NCBI GenBank assembly: GCA_018266105.1
Contig: JAFEBA010000042.1
Span: 22,216-86,215 of the forward strand
Length of the DNA stretch: 64,000 nt
Source of the DNA: a bacterium
GTDB taxonomy: Bacteria; Vulcanimicrobiota; Xenobia; Xenobiales; JADMJV01
Reading direction: 5' to 3'
Shown: positions 1-9,103 of the stretch, one piece after another
Layout of the letters: each line of letters begins with the position of its first letter
How positions within the stretch are numbered: the first letter of the stretch is position 1
Notes under the pieces: model-generated
What the model was told of the DNA's origin: nothing
The model's database searches: none
Seen by the model: only the letters and a program-made list of their open reading frames with translations
Position numbers and translations under genes: made by a program

Positions 1-1
1 T

Positions 2-466
2 CAGATTCTGGCCCTGCAGCTACTGGCTCAAAAGCACCCCGAAATCGATCTCGAGCGAATCGGTAGTTGGGGCTGGTCCTTCGGCGGCTACCTCTCCGCG
101 CAGGCCGTGCTCAAGCGTCCTGACTTCTTCAAATGCGCCGTGGCCGGAGCAGCCGTTACGGACTGGGCCGACTACGACACTCATTACACTGAACGATACC
201 TGGGCCTGAAGCCAGAAGCCTACGAACGTTCCTCGCTGATCACTCAGGCCAGCAGCCTCAAGCGTCCGCTGCTGCTGGTGCACGGGAGCGCGGATGACAA
301 TGTCTACTTCCGCCACAGCCTGCGCCTGAGTGACGCCCTTTTGCGCCACAATCAACCCTACGAATTGTTGGTTTTACCCGGCATCACGCACAGCTTCCGC
401 CCAGACGTGACCATCACCGAGCGCCTGTGGTCGCGCAGCGTCCAGTTTTTCAAACAACATTTGTAG
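2..466 (+). CDS. S9 family serine peptidase (prolyl oligopeptidase / DPP-IV type), C-terminal catalytic part; 5' end lies outside the window
   Basis: Frame is open from the window edge. Motifs: GWSFGGY nucleophile elbow (GxSxGG), then LLLVHGSADDNV and GITHSF, giving the Ser-Asp-His order typical of S9 alpha/beta-hydrolase peptidases. Confidence 0.85.
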   Translation, partial: QILALQLLAQKHPEIDLERIGSWGWSFGGYLSAQAVLKRPDFFKCAVAGAAVTDWADYDTHYTERYLGLKPEAYERSSLITQASSLKRPLLLVHGSADDNVYFRHSLRLSDALLRHNQPYELLVLPGITHSFRPDVTITERLWSRSVQFFKQHL

Positions 467-531
467 AAGAAATTATGAACAAGTTGTTGCCGATTAATTA
501 AATTTTAAGGCGCTCGCATTAAGCTTTTCTC

Positions 532-1119
532 ATGGCCACCTGCATCCGCCAACTCACCCAAGAGCGCCCCTGGATCTCGAGGCTGCTCACAGCCTATGGG
601 ATCGATACCAACCGCCCCGGGCCCTTGCCAGAAAATCCGGAACTACATCTCCATCTGCGCCAAATCTGGAACGGGCCGGAGGGCCTGCGCCAACTGACTC
701 CCAACGAACTGCTGGACTACATCGTACACTGCCACCATCGATATCTACGAAAGGTTTTGCCGCAACTGATAGAGCAAGCCAGGACGCTGAATCATCCCGT
801 GCTGAGCGAACTTCAGGCCCTATCCCAGGAAAGCAAGCCGCACATGTTCCGCGAAGAAATGGAAGTTTTCCCGGCGATCCGGGAAATCTATCGAGAGAAC
901 CGTCCCGCCTCCCACCTTCCCCGCTGGATCGCCAGGCTGGATCGAGAACATGAACAAGCATTCCAGAGGTTTCTTCGCATCCGCCAGGCCATGAGCGAGA
1001 CTCCGTCCGCGACCTTTGAACTGAAAGCCGCACTGGAGGCACTGGATGAGGACATGCGCTGGCACATGTTCGCTGAGAACGAACTACTTTTCGCCCGGAT
1101 TTTGCGCAGCGCGTCCTAA
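532..1119 (+). CDS. iron-sulfur cluster repair di-iron protein (RIC / ScdA / YtfE family, hemerythrin-like)
   Basis: Colinear RIC motifs: HCHHRYLRKVLPQL, PHMFREEMEVFPAI (H-M-x-x-E-E...FP), LDREHE, RWHMFAENELLFARI. AT-rich upstream region. Confidence 0.8.
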   Translation: MATCIRQLTQERPWISRLLTAYGIDTNRPGPLPENPELHLHLRQIWNGPEGLRQLTPNELLDYIVHCHHRYLRKVLPQLIEQARTLNHPVLSELQALSQESKPHMFREEMEVFPAIREIYRENRPASHLPRWIARLDREHEQAFQRFLRIRQAMSETPSATFELKAALEALDEDMRWHMFAENELLFARILRSAS

Positions 1120-1153
1120 ATTCTGTAACATCGATCCTCTAAACTAGGCAAGC

Positions 1154-3475
1154 TTGAGACGACGAATACCCAGGTCACTTCGTGCGGTGCTGGTTTTGCT
1201 GTCGGTCTGCCTTTCTATGCTGGCCCTGGACTCGAGCCGCCATTGCCCTCCAACCCAGGAGTTGGCTTACCAGCGCCCGATCCAGGCCTATTTGCGGGCC
1301 ACCTGGCCGGGCTCTCAAGTTCAGATTCTGCAGAGCGCCCCTTTGCGCGTGCTGGTGACTGTGCCGAACGACCCTACTCCGGTACGCGTCGATCTGAACC
1401 AGGTCCTGGCTGAGTTGCCTGAAACAAGCAGATTGGTGATTCAAGGCCAGAGTCCGTGGCGGTCTGAGCCCGAAATGCTCTGGGCGGGCGCCCTGATTGC
1501 CGGCCTCGTCTCCCTGGCCGGGCTGATCAGACTGCCCAAGCCAACTCCCCGACCCCATCAGCAGGCCTTGCGTCAGGCCTGCATCGTTCTCTCTGAGTTT
1601 CCAATTGAATATCGCGACAATTGCCTGAAGTCACTGAAAGCGGCCCAGGCCGGATGGCTGAAAAAGGGCCTTGAGGCCCTTAAGAGCGTCACCGAGGCCG
1701 AACGCCAGCGGGTCAAGGTGGCTTTTCATGTTGAAGTGGCCCACATGCGGCGCCAGTCGGGCACCCCAAAAGACCACTCCCCTCCTGATCACCAGTTGAC
1801 AGCGCGCATTCTGCAACAGAATTATCTGTCAGGTGGCCCGGGCCCCCAGCCAGTAACCAAAGAAAACCCGCTTCGTAGAAGTAGCCGCAGCCGCCGCCGA
1901 ATCTTTGCCTGTGAGGTCTGTGACGAGGTTTTCATCGACGAAGAAGGCCTGCGCCGCCATGAACCGACCCACCTCGGCAAGCCCCTCATTCTCCCACCCC
2001 AGTGGAATCGGGTGCGTGCCGGGATTGGTCTGACGCTGCTGGCCGCCTTCACCTATCTACACCCCTGGCCAGCCCGCCCGACTCAACTGGTCCTGCCTCA
2101 GGCCCGCGACTTGAGCGTTCGTGAGCAAACCCTGGTCGATCAAGCCGAGCAACTTGCGGGGGGCAATCTGGTGGTCTTGCGGACCCAGACTCGCCTGGTG
2201 CTGGCTTGCTCTCCGCTCGACCAGCCCGCGCTGCAATCTCTGGTCGAGCAGTATTCACCCGGAGTCTTGGTGAGGCCGGTGGCTCCGACTCCCTGGCGCT
2301 GGCTGCCCGCCGCCCAATTGGTCTTAGGGCTTGGTTTGCTCTGGGCCGGACGCCCCCGCTCCCGGCCGGTCCTACCGCAGGTTGCCCCAGCTCAACCCTC
2401 CCTCCCGCCCGCAGCGCAGCCAGAGCCAGTTGCCTCAGCCCGGCCGGCTTCTCAACCGGTATTCGAATTGAAACCCCCGCCCGAACTCTCGGTCGAAGTC
2501 AGCCTGAACCTGGCCGAGTTGAAACCAAAGTTTCAGGCTCGAACCGAGGCCATTACGCAACACATGGCCAGCGAGCTTGGACTGGCCCTGGGAGAAATTC
2601 CCTACGAAGTCGGGGTCGGTCTGAACAACCAGGAATACATCCTTCGCTGGCGAGGAATCCCGATGGCCCGAGGCACGATTTTTGTGGATCGTTACCTGAC
2701 CATCGGACCGCTGGAGAAACTTCAATACTTGAGGGGCCTGGAAGCGCAAGATCCGGTCCATAGGATGCCCGGCAAGTGGATTTTCCGAGAACAAATCGGG
2801 GATGCAGAACGGCTCGGTTGCCTGACGATGGACCCGATTTCCGTGCTGGCCATGCACCTGACCGAATTGATTCGTGCACAGGCCGGCAGTTTGTTTTCCC
2901 TGGAGCAGGTCAAGATTTTGCTGGAACACGAGCAGCTTCGAGTTCTGGCCCAAGACCTGGCCGAACGCGGGGTAGACCGTCTGGTCATCTGGAGGAGCTT
3001 ACGCCTGTTGCTGGACGAAGGGGTGAGCATTCTCAACCTGGTGACCATTCTGGAGGCCTTCACCGAGAATCTACACCTCAGCCGGGAACCCATCAGGCTG
3101 GTTGAATTTGCCCGCCAAGCCCTGGCTGACCAGATCTGCCGAGAACACCTCAGTCCTGAAGGGCGTTTGAACGTGATCACGCTCGAGCCCGTCCTTGAAC
3201 AGATGCTTCAGCAAACGGGTTTTGGCGGTCAGGAGGACAGACTGGTCTTTGAACCGGATCTGGGCTACCGACTCCTGGAAGCCTTGAGCGCCCGCGTTGA
3301 CAGCGTCCAGGATCTTGGGTTGGAACCCATCCTGCTTTGTCCACCTGAACTCCGTTCAGGATTGCGCCAGCTCATCCGCCGCAATATCCCGCAACTGGTC
3401 GTGCTGTCCTGGAATGACATCGCCACTTGGGTCGACGTCAATGGAGTGGCTCAAGTCTGCTTGGACCCGACCTGA
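1154..3475 (+). CDS. membrane protein with C-terminal FlhA/SctV-type cytoplasmic domain, no FHIPEP export-gate domain, and an internal C2H2 zinc-finger motif
   Basis: TTG start. Four predicted TM helices (aa ~11-25, 108-126, 287-303, 386-399). C2H2 motif FACEVCDEVFIDEEGLRRHEPTH at nt 1904-1972. The last ~330 aa align colinearly with FlhA C-terminal landmarks: DPVHRMPGKWI, SVLAMHLTELI, SLRLLLDEGVSILNLVTILEAF, LRQLIRRNIPQLVVLSWNDI. Confidence 0.8.
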   Translation: MRRRIPRSLRAVLVLLSVCLSMLALDSSRHCPPTQELAYQRPIQAYLRATWPGSQVQILQSAPLRVLVTVPNDPTPVRVDLNQVLAELPETSRLVIQGQSPWRSEPEMLWAGALIAGLVSLAGLIRLPKPTPRPHQQALRQACIVLSEFPIEYRDNCLKSLKAAQAGWLKKGLEALKSVTEAERQRVKVAFHVEVAHMRRQSGTPKDHSPPDHQLTARILQQNYLSGGPGPQPVTKENPLRRSSRSRRRIFACEVCDEVFIDEEGLRRHEPTHLGKPLILPPQWNRVRAGIGLTLLAAFTYLHPWPARPTQLVLPQARDLSVREQTLVDQAEQLAGGNLVVLRTQTRLVLACSPLDQPALQSLVEQYSPGVLVRPVAPTPWRWLPAAQLVLGLGLLWAGRPRSRPVLPQVAPAQPSLPPAAQPEPVASARPASQPVFELKPPPELSVEVSLNLAELKPKFQARTEAITQHMASELGLALGEIPYEVGVGLNNQEYILRWRGIPMARGTIFVDRYLTIGPLEKLQYLRGLEAQDPVHRMPGKWIFREQIGDAERLGCLTMDPISVLAMHLTELIRAQAGSLFSLEQVKILLEHEQLRVLAQDLAERGVDRLVIWRSLRLLLDEGVSILNLVTILEAFTENLHLSREPIRLVEFARQALADQICREHLSPEGRLNVITLEPVLEQMLQQTGFGGQEDRLVFEPDLGYRLLEALSARVDSVQDLGLEPILLCPPELRSGLRQLIRRNIPQLVVLSWNDIATWVDVNGVAQVCLDPT

Positions 3476-3557
3476 CGGGACGTTAACACCTGGTTTTAAC
3501 CATTCAGGTGTGGGCCGAGCTAAACTGGACCCAGAAAAATTCCTGAAAGACCCGCCC

Positions 3558-4031
3558 ATGATCGCCAGCTTCACATCCTTCCACCACTCCAGTATCACCC
3601 AGCCCTATGAGCAGGCTAGCGCTGGAATTCGCACCCTCAAACAGATCGACGGCACCCCTGGCGACCGCAATCCGGCACCCAACGCCATTTCCATGTCAAC
3701 CTCCCAAGGTCAACTTGACGCAGTCATTCTAACCAACCCCGATCAATCGAATACCGTGGTTCAGAGACTCAGCAAAAAGTCGGGAGAGGTCGTCACATCC
3801 TGGCTGGAAGTTCCACAAAAATCCGACTGGGTTCCCAACATGAGCGGATTTGAAGTCAGCCAGAGTCTGATCGGTCTGCATGGCCTGGCTCTCGGAGTAC
3901 GGGAAGGCTGGACCCCCGGCGGGTTGGGCATTCCCAATCGCAGCTACGAAAACCAGATTATGTCCTCGGCCGAGGCCCAAAACGCCCTGATGCGCGCCGA
4001 GTCGGTGCTGGCCGCCTACCCGATCCTCTAA
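3558..4031 (+). CDS. hypothetical protein (157 aa), no signal peptide, Ser/Thr/Gln-rich N-terminus
   Basis: First ATG of ORF 3297..4031 lying downstream of the preceding gene's stop (3475). No recognisable domain. Confidence 0.5.
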   Translation: MIASFTSFHHSSITQPYEQASAGIRTLKQIDGTPGDRNPAPNAISMSTSQGQLDAVILTNPDQSNTVVQRLSKKSGEVVTSWLEVPQKSDWVPNMSGFEVSQSLIGLHGLALGVREGWTPGGLGIPNRSYENQIMSSAEAQNALMRAESVLAAYPIL

Positions 4032-5149
4032 TACTTCTTCATGCTCGGGTCGACTCGATCGGCCCAGGCCAGAATACCGCCGCGCAGGTTGACCACGCGC
4101 CGGAATCCTGCAGCTTGCATCTCCGCCTGAGCTTTGGCACTGCGCCCGCCCGACTTGCAGTGCACCACAATCTCGGCTTCTGGGTCCAGCTCTCGCCAAT
4201 CCCCGAGCCGCGCCCCAAAGGCAGACAGGTTCACCAGCTCCCATTCCTGCGGGGAGCGCACGTCCAGCAGCAAAGGCCGCCAACCCTCGGCCCAACGTCG
4301 GGCAAAATCTTCTGGCTCAATCTCCTCCCCTAGCCCACAAAATTGCCGATAATCCACCAGTTCGCGTATACTGGCCTGCGGCCCACACAATCGGCAGTCC
4401 GGGGAGCGACCAATCTTCAACTGGTTGAAGCTCATGGCCAGAGCATCAAACAACAGCAAACGTCCCAGCAAAGGCTCTCCAACGCCAAGGATCAGCTTCA
4501 GGGTCTCGGTGGCCTGGAGAGTTCCAATCACCCCGGGCAGGACTCCCAGCACCCCGCCTTCAGCGCAGGAGGGCACCATCCCGGGAGGAGGCGGCTCGGG
4601 ATACAGGCAGCGATAACACGGTGCCCCACGCGCGGGGTCAAAGACCGAAACCTGGCCCTCGAAGCGAAAAATGGAACCATAGACATTGGGCTTGCCCAGC
4701 AGGACACAAGCGTCGTTGACCAGATAGCGAGTGGGAAAATTGTCCGTCCCATCCACAACCACGTCATAGCGGCTCACGATTTCCATGGCGTTGGCCGCCA
4801 CCAAAGCCGTCTCATACGGTTCAACCTGAACAAACGGATTGATATCGTGCAGACGCTCCAGCGCTGAATCGATCTTGGAGCGACCCACGTCCTTGGTCCC
4901 GTGCAGAATCTGACGCTGCAAATTGCTGGCGTCCACCCGATCGAAATCCACAATCCCCAGCCGGCCCAGGCCGGCTGCGGCCAGATAGAGCCCGAGCGGA
5001 GAACCGAGTCCGCCCGTGCCAATCATCAACACCGAGGACTGCTTGAGCCGCTCCTGACCCTGCCGACCCACTTCCGGCAAATTCAAATGGCGGGCGTAGC
5101 GCGCCAATTCTTCAGAGGTCAAGCTGTCGTTCTTCCTTGATCTGGTCAT
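4028..5149 (-). CDS. moeZ: MoeZ/MoeB-type adenylyltransferase/sulfurtransferase (ThiF/E1-like domain plus C-terminal rhodanese)
   Basis: Motifs: RYARHLNLPEVG, GTGGLGSP nucleotide loop, CYRC...SCAEGG and CRLC zinc cysteines, C-terminal rhodanese active-site loop HCKSGGRS. Start set at the internal ATG (MTRSRKND) to limit overlap with the upstream GNAT gene. Confidence 0.85.
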   Translation of the reverse strand: MTRSRKNDSLTSEELARYARHLNLPEVGRQGQERLKQSSVLMIGTGGLGSPLGLYLAAAGLGRLGIVDFDRVDASNLQRQILHGTKDVGRSKIDSALERLHDINPFVQVEPYETALVAANAMEIVSRYDVVVDGTDNFPTRYLVNDACVLLGKPNVYGSIFRFEGQVSVFDPARGAPCYRCLYPEPPPPGMVPSCAEGGVLGVLPGVIGTLQATETLKLILGVGEPLLGRLLLFDALAMSFNQLKIGRSPDCRLCGPQASIRELVDYRQFCGLGEEIEPEDFARRWAEGWRPLLLDVRSPQEWELVNLSAFGARLGDWRELDPEAEIVVHCKSGGRSAKAQAEMQAAGFRRVVNLRGGILAWADRVDPSMKKY

Positions 5150-5612
5150 AGGGCTGCAGACCCAGCTTTTGGTAGAGCGGCAAGGCCGCCGGATGGTCCA
5201 AATCGCAGGTATGCAACCAGACCCTTTTGGGGTCATCGCGCCAGGCCTGATGCAAGGTCCAGCCCAACCACAGGCGGCCCAGCCCCTTGCCCAAAAACTC
5301 CGGCATCAAGCCGAAATACCCCACATTGACTTCACCCGGACTATGGATCAACTCGCAATATCCGGCCGGCGTACCGGCGTGGTAAAGCACCCACAGTTCT
5401 AATTCAGGGCGGCGCAATTCCCGCAGCAGCTGCTGGTCAGGCCAACGGGTTCGATCCAGCCACTTCCAGCTGGCGCCAACCGCTCCATAGAGGTATCGAT
5501 AGAACGAAACGCTCGGCTCCATGCTCTGCAGCACCTGAAGCGGCGAAGGCAAGGGCAAGTTGGGTTGAGTGGGAGGCTTGAACATCTGCAAATAGGTAAT
5601 GGTGACTTCCAT
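5112..5612 (-). CDS. GNAT family N-acetyltransferase
   Basis: 166 aa with an acetyl-CoA binding-type segment FGLMPEFLGKGLGRLWL (Q/RxxGxG/A-like) and the C-terminal PALPLYQKLGL motif typical of GNATs. Confidence 0.8.
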   Translation of the reverse strand: MEVTITYLQMFKPPTQPNLPLPSPLQVLQSMEPSVSFYRYLYGAVGASWKWLDRTRWPDQQLLRELRRPELELWVLYHAGTPAGYCELIHSPGEVNVGYFGLMPEFLGKGLGRLWLGWTLHQAWRDDPKRVWLHTCDLDHPAALPLYQKLGLQPYDQIKEERQLDL

Positions 5613-5665
5613 TCCCAGCGTTTCTTTGCACCAGGGAATTCAGCCTCTTCCAGGAAGCCGGCCGC

Positions 5666-7234
5666 ATGAATATCAAAAGCGCACTTCTCGCCAGTTCTCT
5701 TCTACTGGTCGGTTGCAGTCACAAACCTACCCTGCAGGGAGTCGACGGTATGGCCTCCCAGGTTCCAGCCACTGCCCTGTTTTTCGTTGGAGCTGACGCT
5801 CGCGACAAGATGCCCAAAGATTTTGTCAGCAAGATTGATGACGCCAAGCAACATCCGGAACTGGCCCCCGCAATGGCCAATCTCAAGAGTCAGCTGGGTG
5901 GTATCGACCCGGTCAAAATTGTCAAGGGTTTCGAACCGGCCGGCTGGGCCATACTGCTCGATCCTGGCGGCAAGAAGAATCCAAAGGAGCTGGCGGTGGT
6001 GGGTGCGCTTTGGGTGCGCGATCGCAAAGAAGCCGAAGCCACTCTGGCCGAACTGTCCCACAATGAAGCACCGCAGAAATCCGATCTCCAGGGCAAGAGT
6101 CTGGAAACCTACAAAGCCGGCTTTTCCACCTGCTTTGCCGAGCCTTTCTTGATCGTCTCCAATAGCCCTGAAGGCATCAAAGCCGTCTTGCAACGGTCGG
6201 GCCCCAGCCTGGCCGAAGACGCCAGCTACAAGGCCGCCCACAGCCAGATGTTCCAAAGCCAGTCGATGGTCTTTTGTTATTCGCCCATCAGCAGCGGGCT
6301 TGCGCTGGCTTCGCCCGACGCTCCCAAAAAGGCCGAAGGTGTCAAATATCTGGCAGGCGGCGTGGGCAAAGAAGCTCCCTACCGCCCCCAGGCTTTGCTT
6401 TCTCTGGACCCGGCCGCCGGCAGCGCGCTGGTCAAAAGTCTTCTGAATCCTCCCGCCAGTTCCAATGCGCTGGCGGCGAACATTCCGTCCAGTTGGAATT
6501 TCTATATGATGCTGCAAATGCGCTACCCGCTGCAGGCCATCAGCGGCGTTTCGCCTCAATTTCAGTCTGAGTCGGATAAAGGTCTCAAGCGCGCTGGCAC
6601 CAGTACGGCTCAGATTGACAAGGCATTTGAAGGCGATTTGGCACTGGCTTTTGATCTGGACCAGTATTTCGCCCAAATGCCCGACGGCGTCCCCAATGGT
6701 ATGTTGACCTGGGGCGTGCGCGATGCAGCCGCCTTTGAAGGCTTATGGAAACTTTTCTGCAGCCTCAACCGCGTGCGCAGCACGACCACCAAATACGGCG
6801 ACTACCAGGTCGAACACTTCCCCCAGCTGCCATTCCTGGTGCTGGCCCACCAGAGGAAGGCCAATAGTGCCGCCCTGCTGGTCCTGGGTAAGAACCCGGA
6901 CGAATTGCTGCACACAGTGACCTCTCTCAAGCTTGGCCAGTCCATGAAAGAGAGCCCGGCCCTCAAGAGCGCCAGCAGTGGAGCTCTGATGGCGGTACAG
7001 TATGATTTACGTAACACCACTCAGCAACTCAAAAAGCTCGGCCTGCTGGGAATGAGCCCGGAACTGGCGCCGATTAAGACCGCCATTGACAACTGGTCGC
7101 CGGAAATGTGGCAGGGAGACCTGACCGTCAAAGTGGAGAAAGACGGCATCAAGGCGGAAGGCAACCCGGTCACCATGTTCATTGCAGCAGCATTCCAGGG
7201 TGGCTTCTGGTATGGCTTCTTCGGGGGTCAGTAG
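5666..7234 (+). CDS. lipoprotein of unknown function (DUF3352-like size and architecture)
   Basis: Lipobox in MNIKSALLASSLLLVG|CSH. 522-aa soluble domain with no catalytic motifs. Confidence 0.7.
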   Translation: MNIKSALLASSLLLVGCSHKPTLQGVDGMASQVPATALFFVGADARDKMPKDFVSKIDDAKQHPELAPAMANLKSQLGGIDPVKIVKGFEPAGWAILLDPGGKKNPKELAVVGALWVRDRKEAEATLAELSHNEAPQKSDLQGKSLETYKAGFSTCFAEPFLIVSNSPEGIKAVLQRSGPSLAEDASYKAAHSQMFQSQSMVFCYSPISSGLALASPDAPKKAEGVKYLAGGVGKEAPYRPQALLSLDPAAGSALVKSLLNPPASSNALAANIPSSWNFYMMLQMRYPLQAISGVSPQFQSESDKGLKRAGTSTAQIDKAFEGDLALAFDLDQYFAQMPDGVPNGMLTWGVRDAAAFEGLWKLFCSLNRVRSTTTKYGDYQVEHFPQLPFLVLAHQRKANSAALLVLGKNPDELLHTVTSLKLGQSMKESPALKSASSGALMAVQYDLRNTTQQLKKLGLLGMSPELAPIKTAIDNWSPEMWQGDLTVKVEKDGIKAEGNPVTMFIAAAFQGGFWYGFFGGQ

Positions 7235-7243
7235 GGGCTCACT

Positions 7244-7909
7244 GTGCACGAAGCCTGGCTTGCCACCCTGAATCATTCCGAATGGGCCGAACAACTGCGC
7301 GTGCGATTGCGTGTGGGCCGGACCGATCTGGATGACCTGATCGCCCAGGGCCCGCCTGTGGCGGCATGGCAGCAATGGTTATCCTCGCGTTGCCCGGATC
7401 AAGCCCGGCAAATGCTCACACATGATCACGAACTGCACTGCCAGTGGCAAAACCAACACGCTGCGCGGGGTAACGTTCTCGTGCCTCTGACCCGAATTGA
7501 CGATTACCTTTGGCGTGGCCCTCAACCAGACGAGAGCATCCAGGAAAAGATCCCTGACCTGAAAGCCCTGATCAACCTTCGTCCCGAGGATCGGCGCAGC
7601 CAGGAACTATCGAAACAACTCGGACTGGACTACCTTCACGTTCCAGTTCAGGACATGTCCGTACCCAGCCCCGCCCAGGTTCAGGACTATCTGGCCTACT
7701 GTGCCAGCCTCACCGGTCCGGCCCTGGTCCACTGCTTTGCGGGCCAGGGGCGCACCGGGTTGTTCGTGGCCGCTTACCGCATCTTCCGAGGCCACGACCC
7801 TGAAAGCGCCATCCTCCTGACCAACCAGGAGACCGGGCTCAAGGGGATGCGGCCCTGTCAGGCCCAATGGATCAGAGAGAACGGCCACCTGTGCATCCCT
7901 TCGAAGTAA
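7244..7909 (+). CDS. protein-tyrosine / dual-specificity phosphatase-like protein (CX5R)
   Basis: GTG start. P-loop VHCFAGQGRTGLF (HCxxGxxRT). Upstream DDYLWRGPQP...LINLRPE resembles Siw14/Oca-type tyrosine phosphatase family members. Confidence 0.75.
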   Translation: MHEAWLATLNHSEWAEQLRVRLRVGRTDLDDLIAQGPPVAAWQQWLSSRCPDQARQMLTHDHELHCQWQNQHAARGNVLVPLTRIDDYLWRGPQPDESIQEKIPDLKALINLRPEDRRSQELSKQLGLDYLHVPVQDMSVPSPAQVQDYLAYCASLTGPALVHCFAGQGRTGLFVAAYRIFRGHDPESAILLTNQETGLKGMRPCQAQWIRENGHLCIPSK

Positions 7910-8691
7910 CCTTCGATGGGTTGACGCTGCGTGGCTGGCGTCGCCCCGGCCAGGGTCCTCGCTGCCTGGCGGTGCACGGCTGGCTGGACAACGCCAACAC
8001 CTTTCTGCCTCTGACCGAGTACCTGACCGACTGGGAGATCATCTCGGTCGATCTACCCGGCCACGGCCGTTCGGACCATCTACCCCATCCGGGCTGGTAT
8101 CACTTTATCGATACTGTCCATTGGGTGGTGCGCCTGATTCAGCACTGGCAGCCCGAATGGTTACTGGGCCACTCCCTGGGCGGAGGCCTGATCAGCATGG
8201 CCGCCGCCGTCCAGCCCGTTCAGGGCGCCATCCTCTTGGACGCGCTCGGACCCATCACTTCGCCCGCGGAGGAAGCGCCCCAGATTTTCAGGCGATCGCT
8301 CCAGGCTCAGGAAAAGCCTTTTCGTCGACGCTACTATGCCAGCTATCAGGAAGCACTGGCCCGACTCAGTCATCCACAACTGGCCGAACGGAGTCTGCAA
8401 AACGACGCCAATGGCTACTTTTTTGCCTATGATCCAAGGGTCAAGTACGTATCCCGGTTGAGGATGACCGAAGCTCAAATCCAGGCTTATCTGCGTGAGG
8501 TAAAAAGCCCGGTTCAGGTGCAGAGTTACAGTCGCGGCATATTGCCCCCCTTCGGCCCCCTGCAAGAACGCCTGGCATGCCTGGCGAAGGTTCAACTGGT
8601 GGAGATCGAAGGCGGCCATCATCATCATCTGGATGACCCGGCCCAGGTAGCCGAACATATCCTCGCCTTCCAAAAGGAGAACCATGGATAA
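7867..8691 (+). CDS. alpha/beta hydrolase
   Basis: HGWLDNANTF oxyanion region, GHSLGGG nucleophile elbow, C-terminal EGGHHHHLD His region. Overlaps the phosphatase gene by 43 nt, so the start is uncertain. Confidence 0.8.
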   Translation: MDQRERPPVHPFEVTFDGLTLRGWRRPGQGPRCLAVHGWLDNANTFLPLTEYLTDWEIISVDLPGHGRSDHLPHPGWYHFIDTVHWVVRLIQHWQPEWLLGHSLGGGLISMAAAVQPVQGAILLDALGPITSPAEEAPQIFRRSLQAQEKPFRRRYYASYQEALARLSHPQLAERSLQNDANGYFFAYDPRVKYVSRLRMTEAQIQAYLREVKSPVQVQSYSRGILPPFGPLQERLACLAKVQLVEIEGGHHHHLDDPAQVAEHILAFQKENHG

Positions 8692-9091
8692 CGACCTGCA
8701 GGCCATCCACCAACTCGTACGCCAGCTCTATCTGGCCATCAGTTTCAACAGCCAGTCCGGTCCGGATTGGGAAGTCCTGCGTGGCCACTTTTGGGAACGA
8801 GGCCAGCTCGTTCGTTCAGGCCTGGCCGGGATCGAATACTACAGCGTCGAACAGTTTACAGAATGGGTGGACCAGGCACGCGCCAACGGTCTGACTTCCT
8901 TTCAAGAAGAAGAAACGGACGCCAGCACTCATCTCATGGGCAACCTCGCCCATCGCGCCAGCCACTACCGGGCCACCCTGGATGAAGGTCGCGGGGGCAC
9001 CGTGGAAGGCATCAATTCGATGCAGATTCTGAAATCAAACGGGCAATGGAAAGTGGTTTCCCTGCTTTGGGACGTTCCCGCTCCGACCTGA
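8684..9091 (+). CDS. NTF2-like (SnoaL/DUF4440-like) small protein
   Basis: 135 aa. N-terminal helix IHQLVRQLYLAIS and C-terminal NGQWKVVSLLWD are typical of the NTF2-like fold. Overlaps the upstream gene by 8 nt. Confidence 0.55.
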   Translation: MDNDLQAIHQLVRQLYLAISFNSQSGPDWEVLRGHFWERGQLVRSGLAGIEYYSVEQFTEWVDQARANGLTSFQEEETDASTHLMGNLAHRASHYRATLDEGRGGTVEGINSMQILKSNGQWKVVSLLWDVPAPT

Positions 9092-9103
9092 AGTCGCGGG
9101 CCC

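Noticed and set aside
467-531. AT-rich region with a TTAATTAA palindrome upstream of the RIC gene, considered as an NsrR/FNR-type operator
   Set aside because: I could see no match to the inverted-repeat consensus of either regulator family. It may simply be promoter AT-richness.
3297-3557. 5' extension of ORF 3297..4031 overlapping the FlhA_C-domain gene
   Set aside because: The extension overlaps 180 nt of a well-supported gene in another frame and reads like frame-shadow sequence. The internal ATG at 3558 is preferred.
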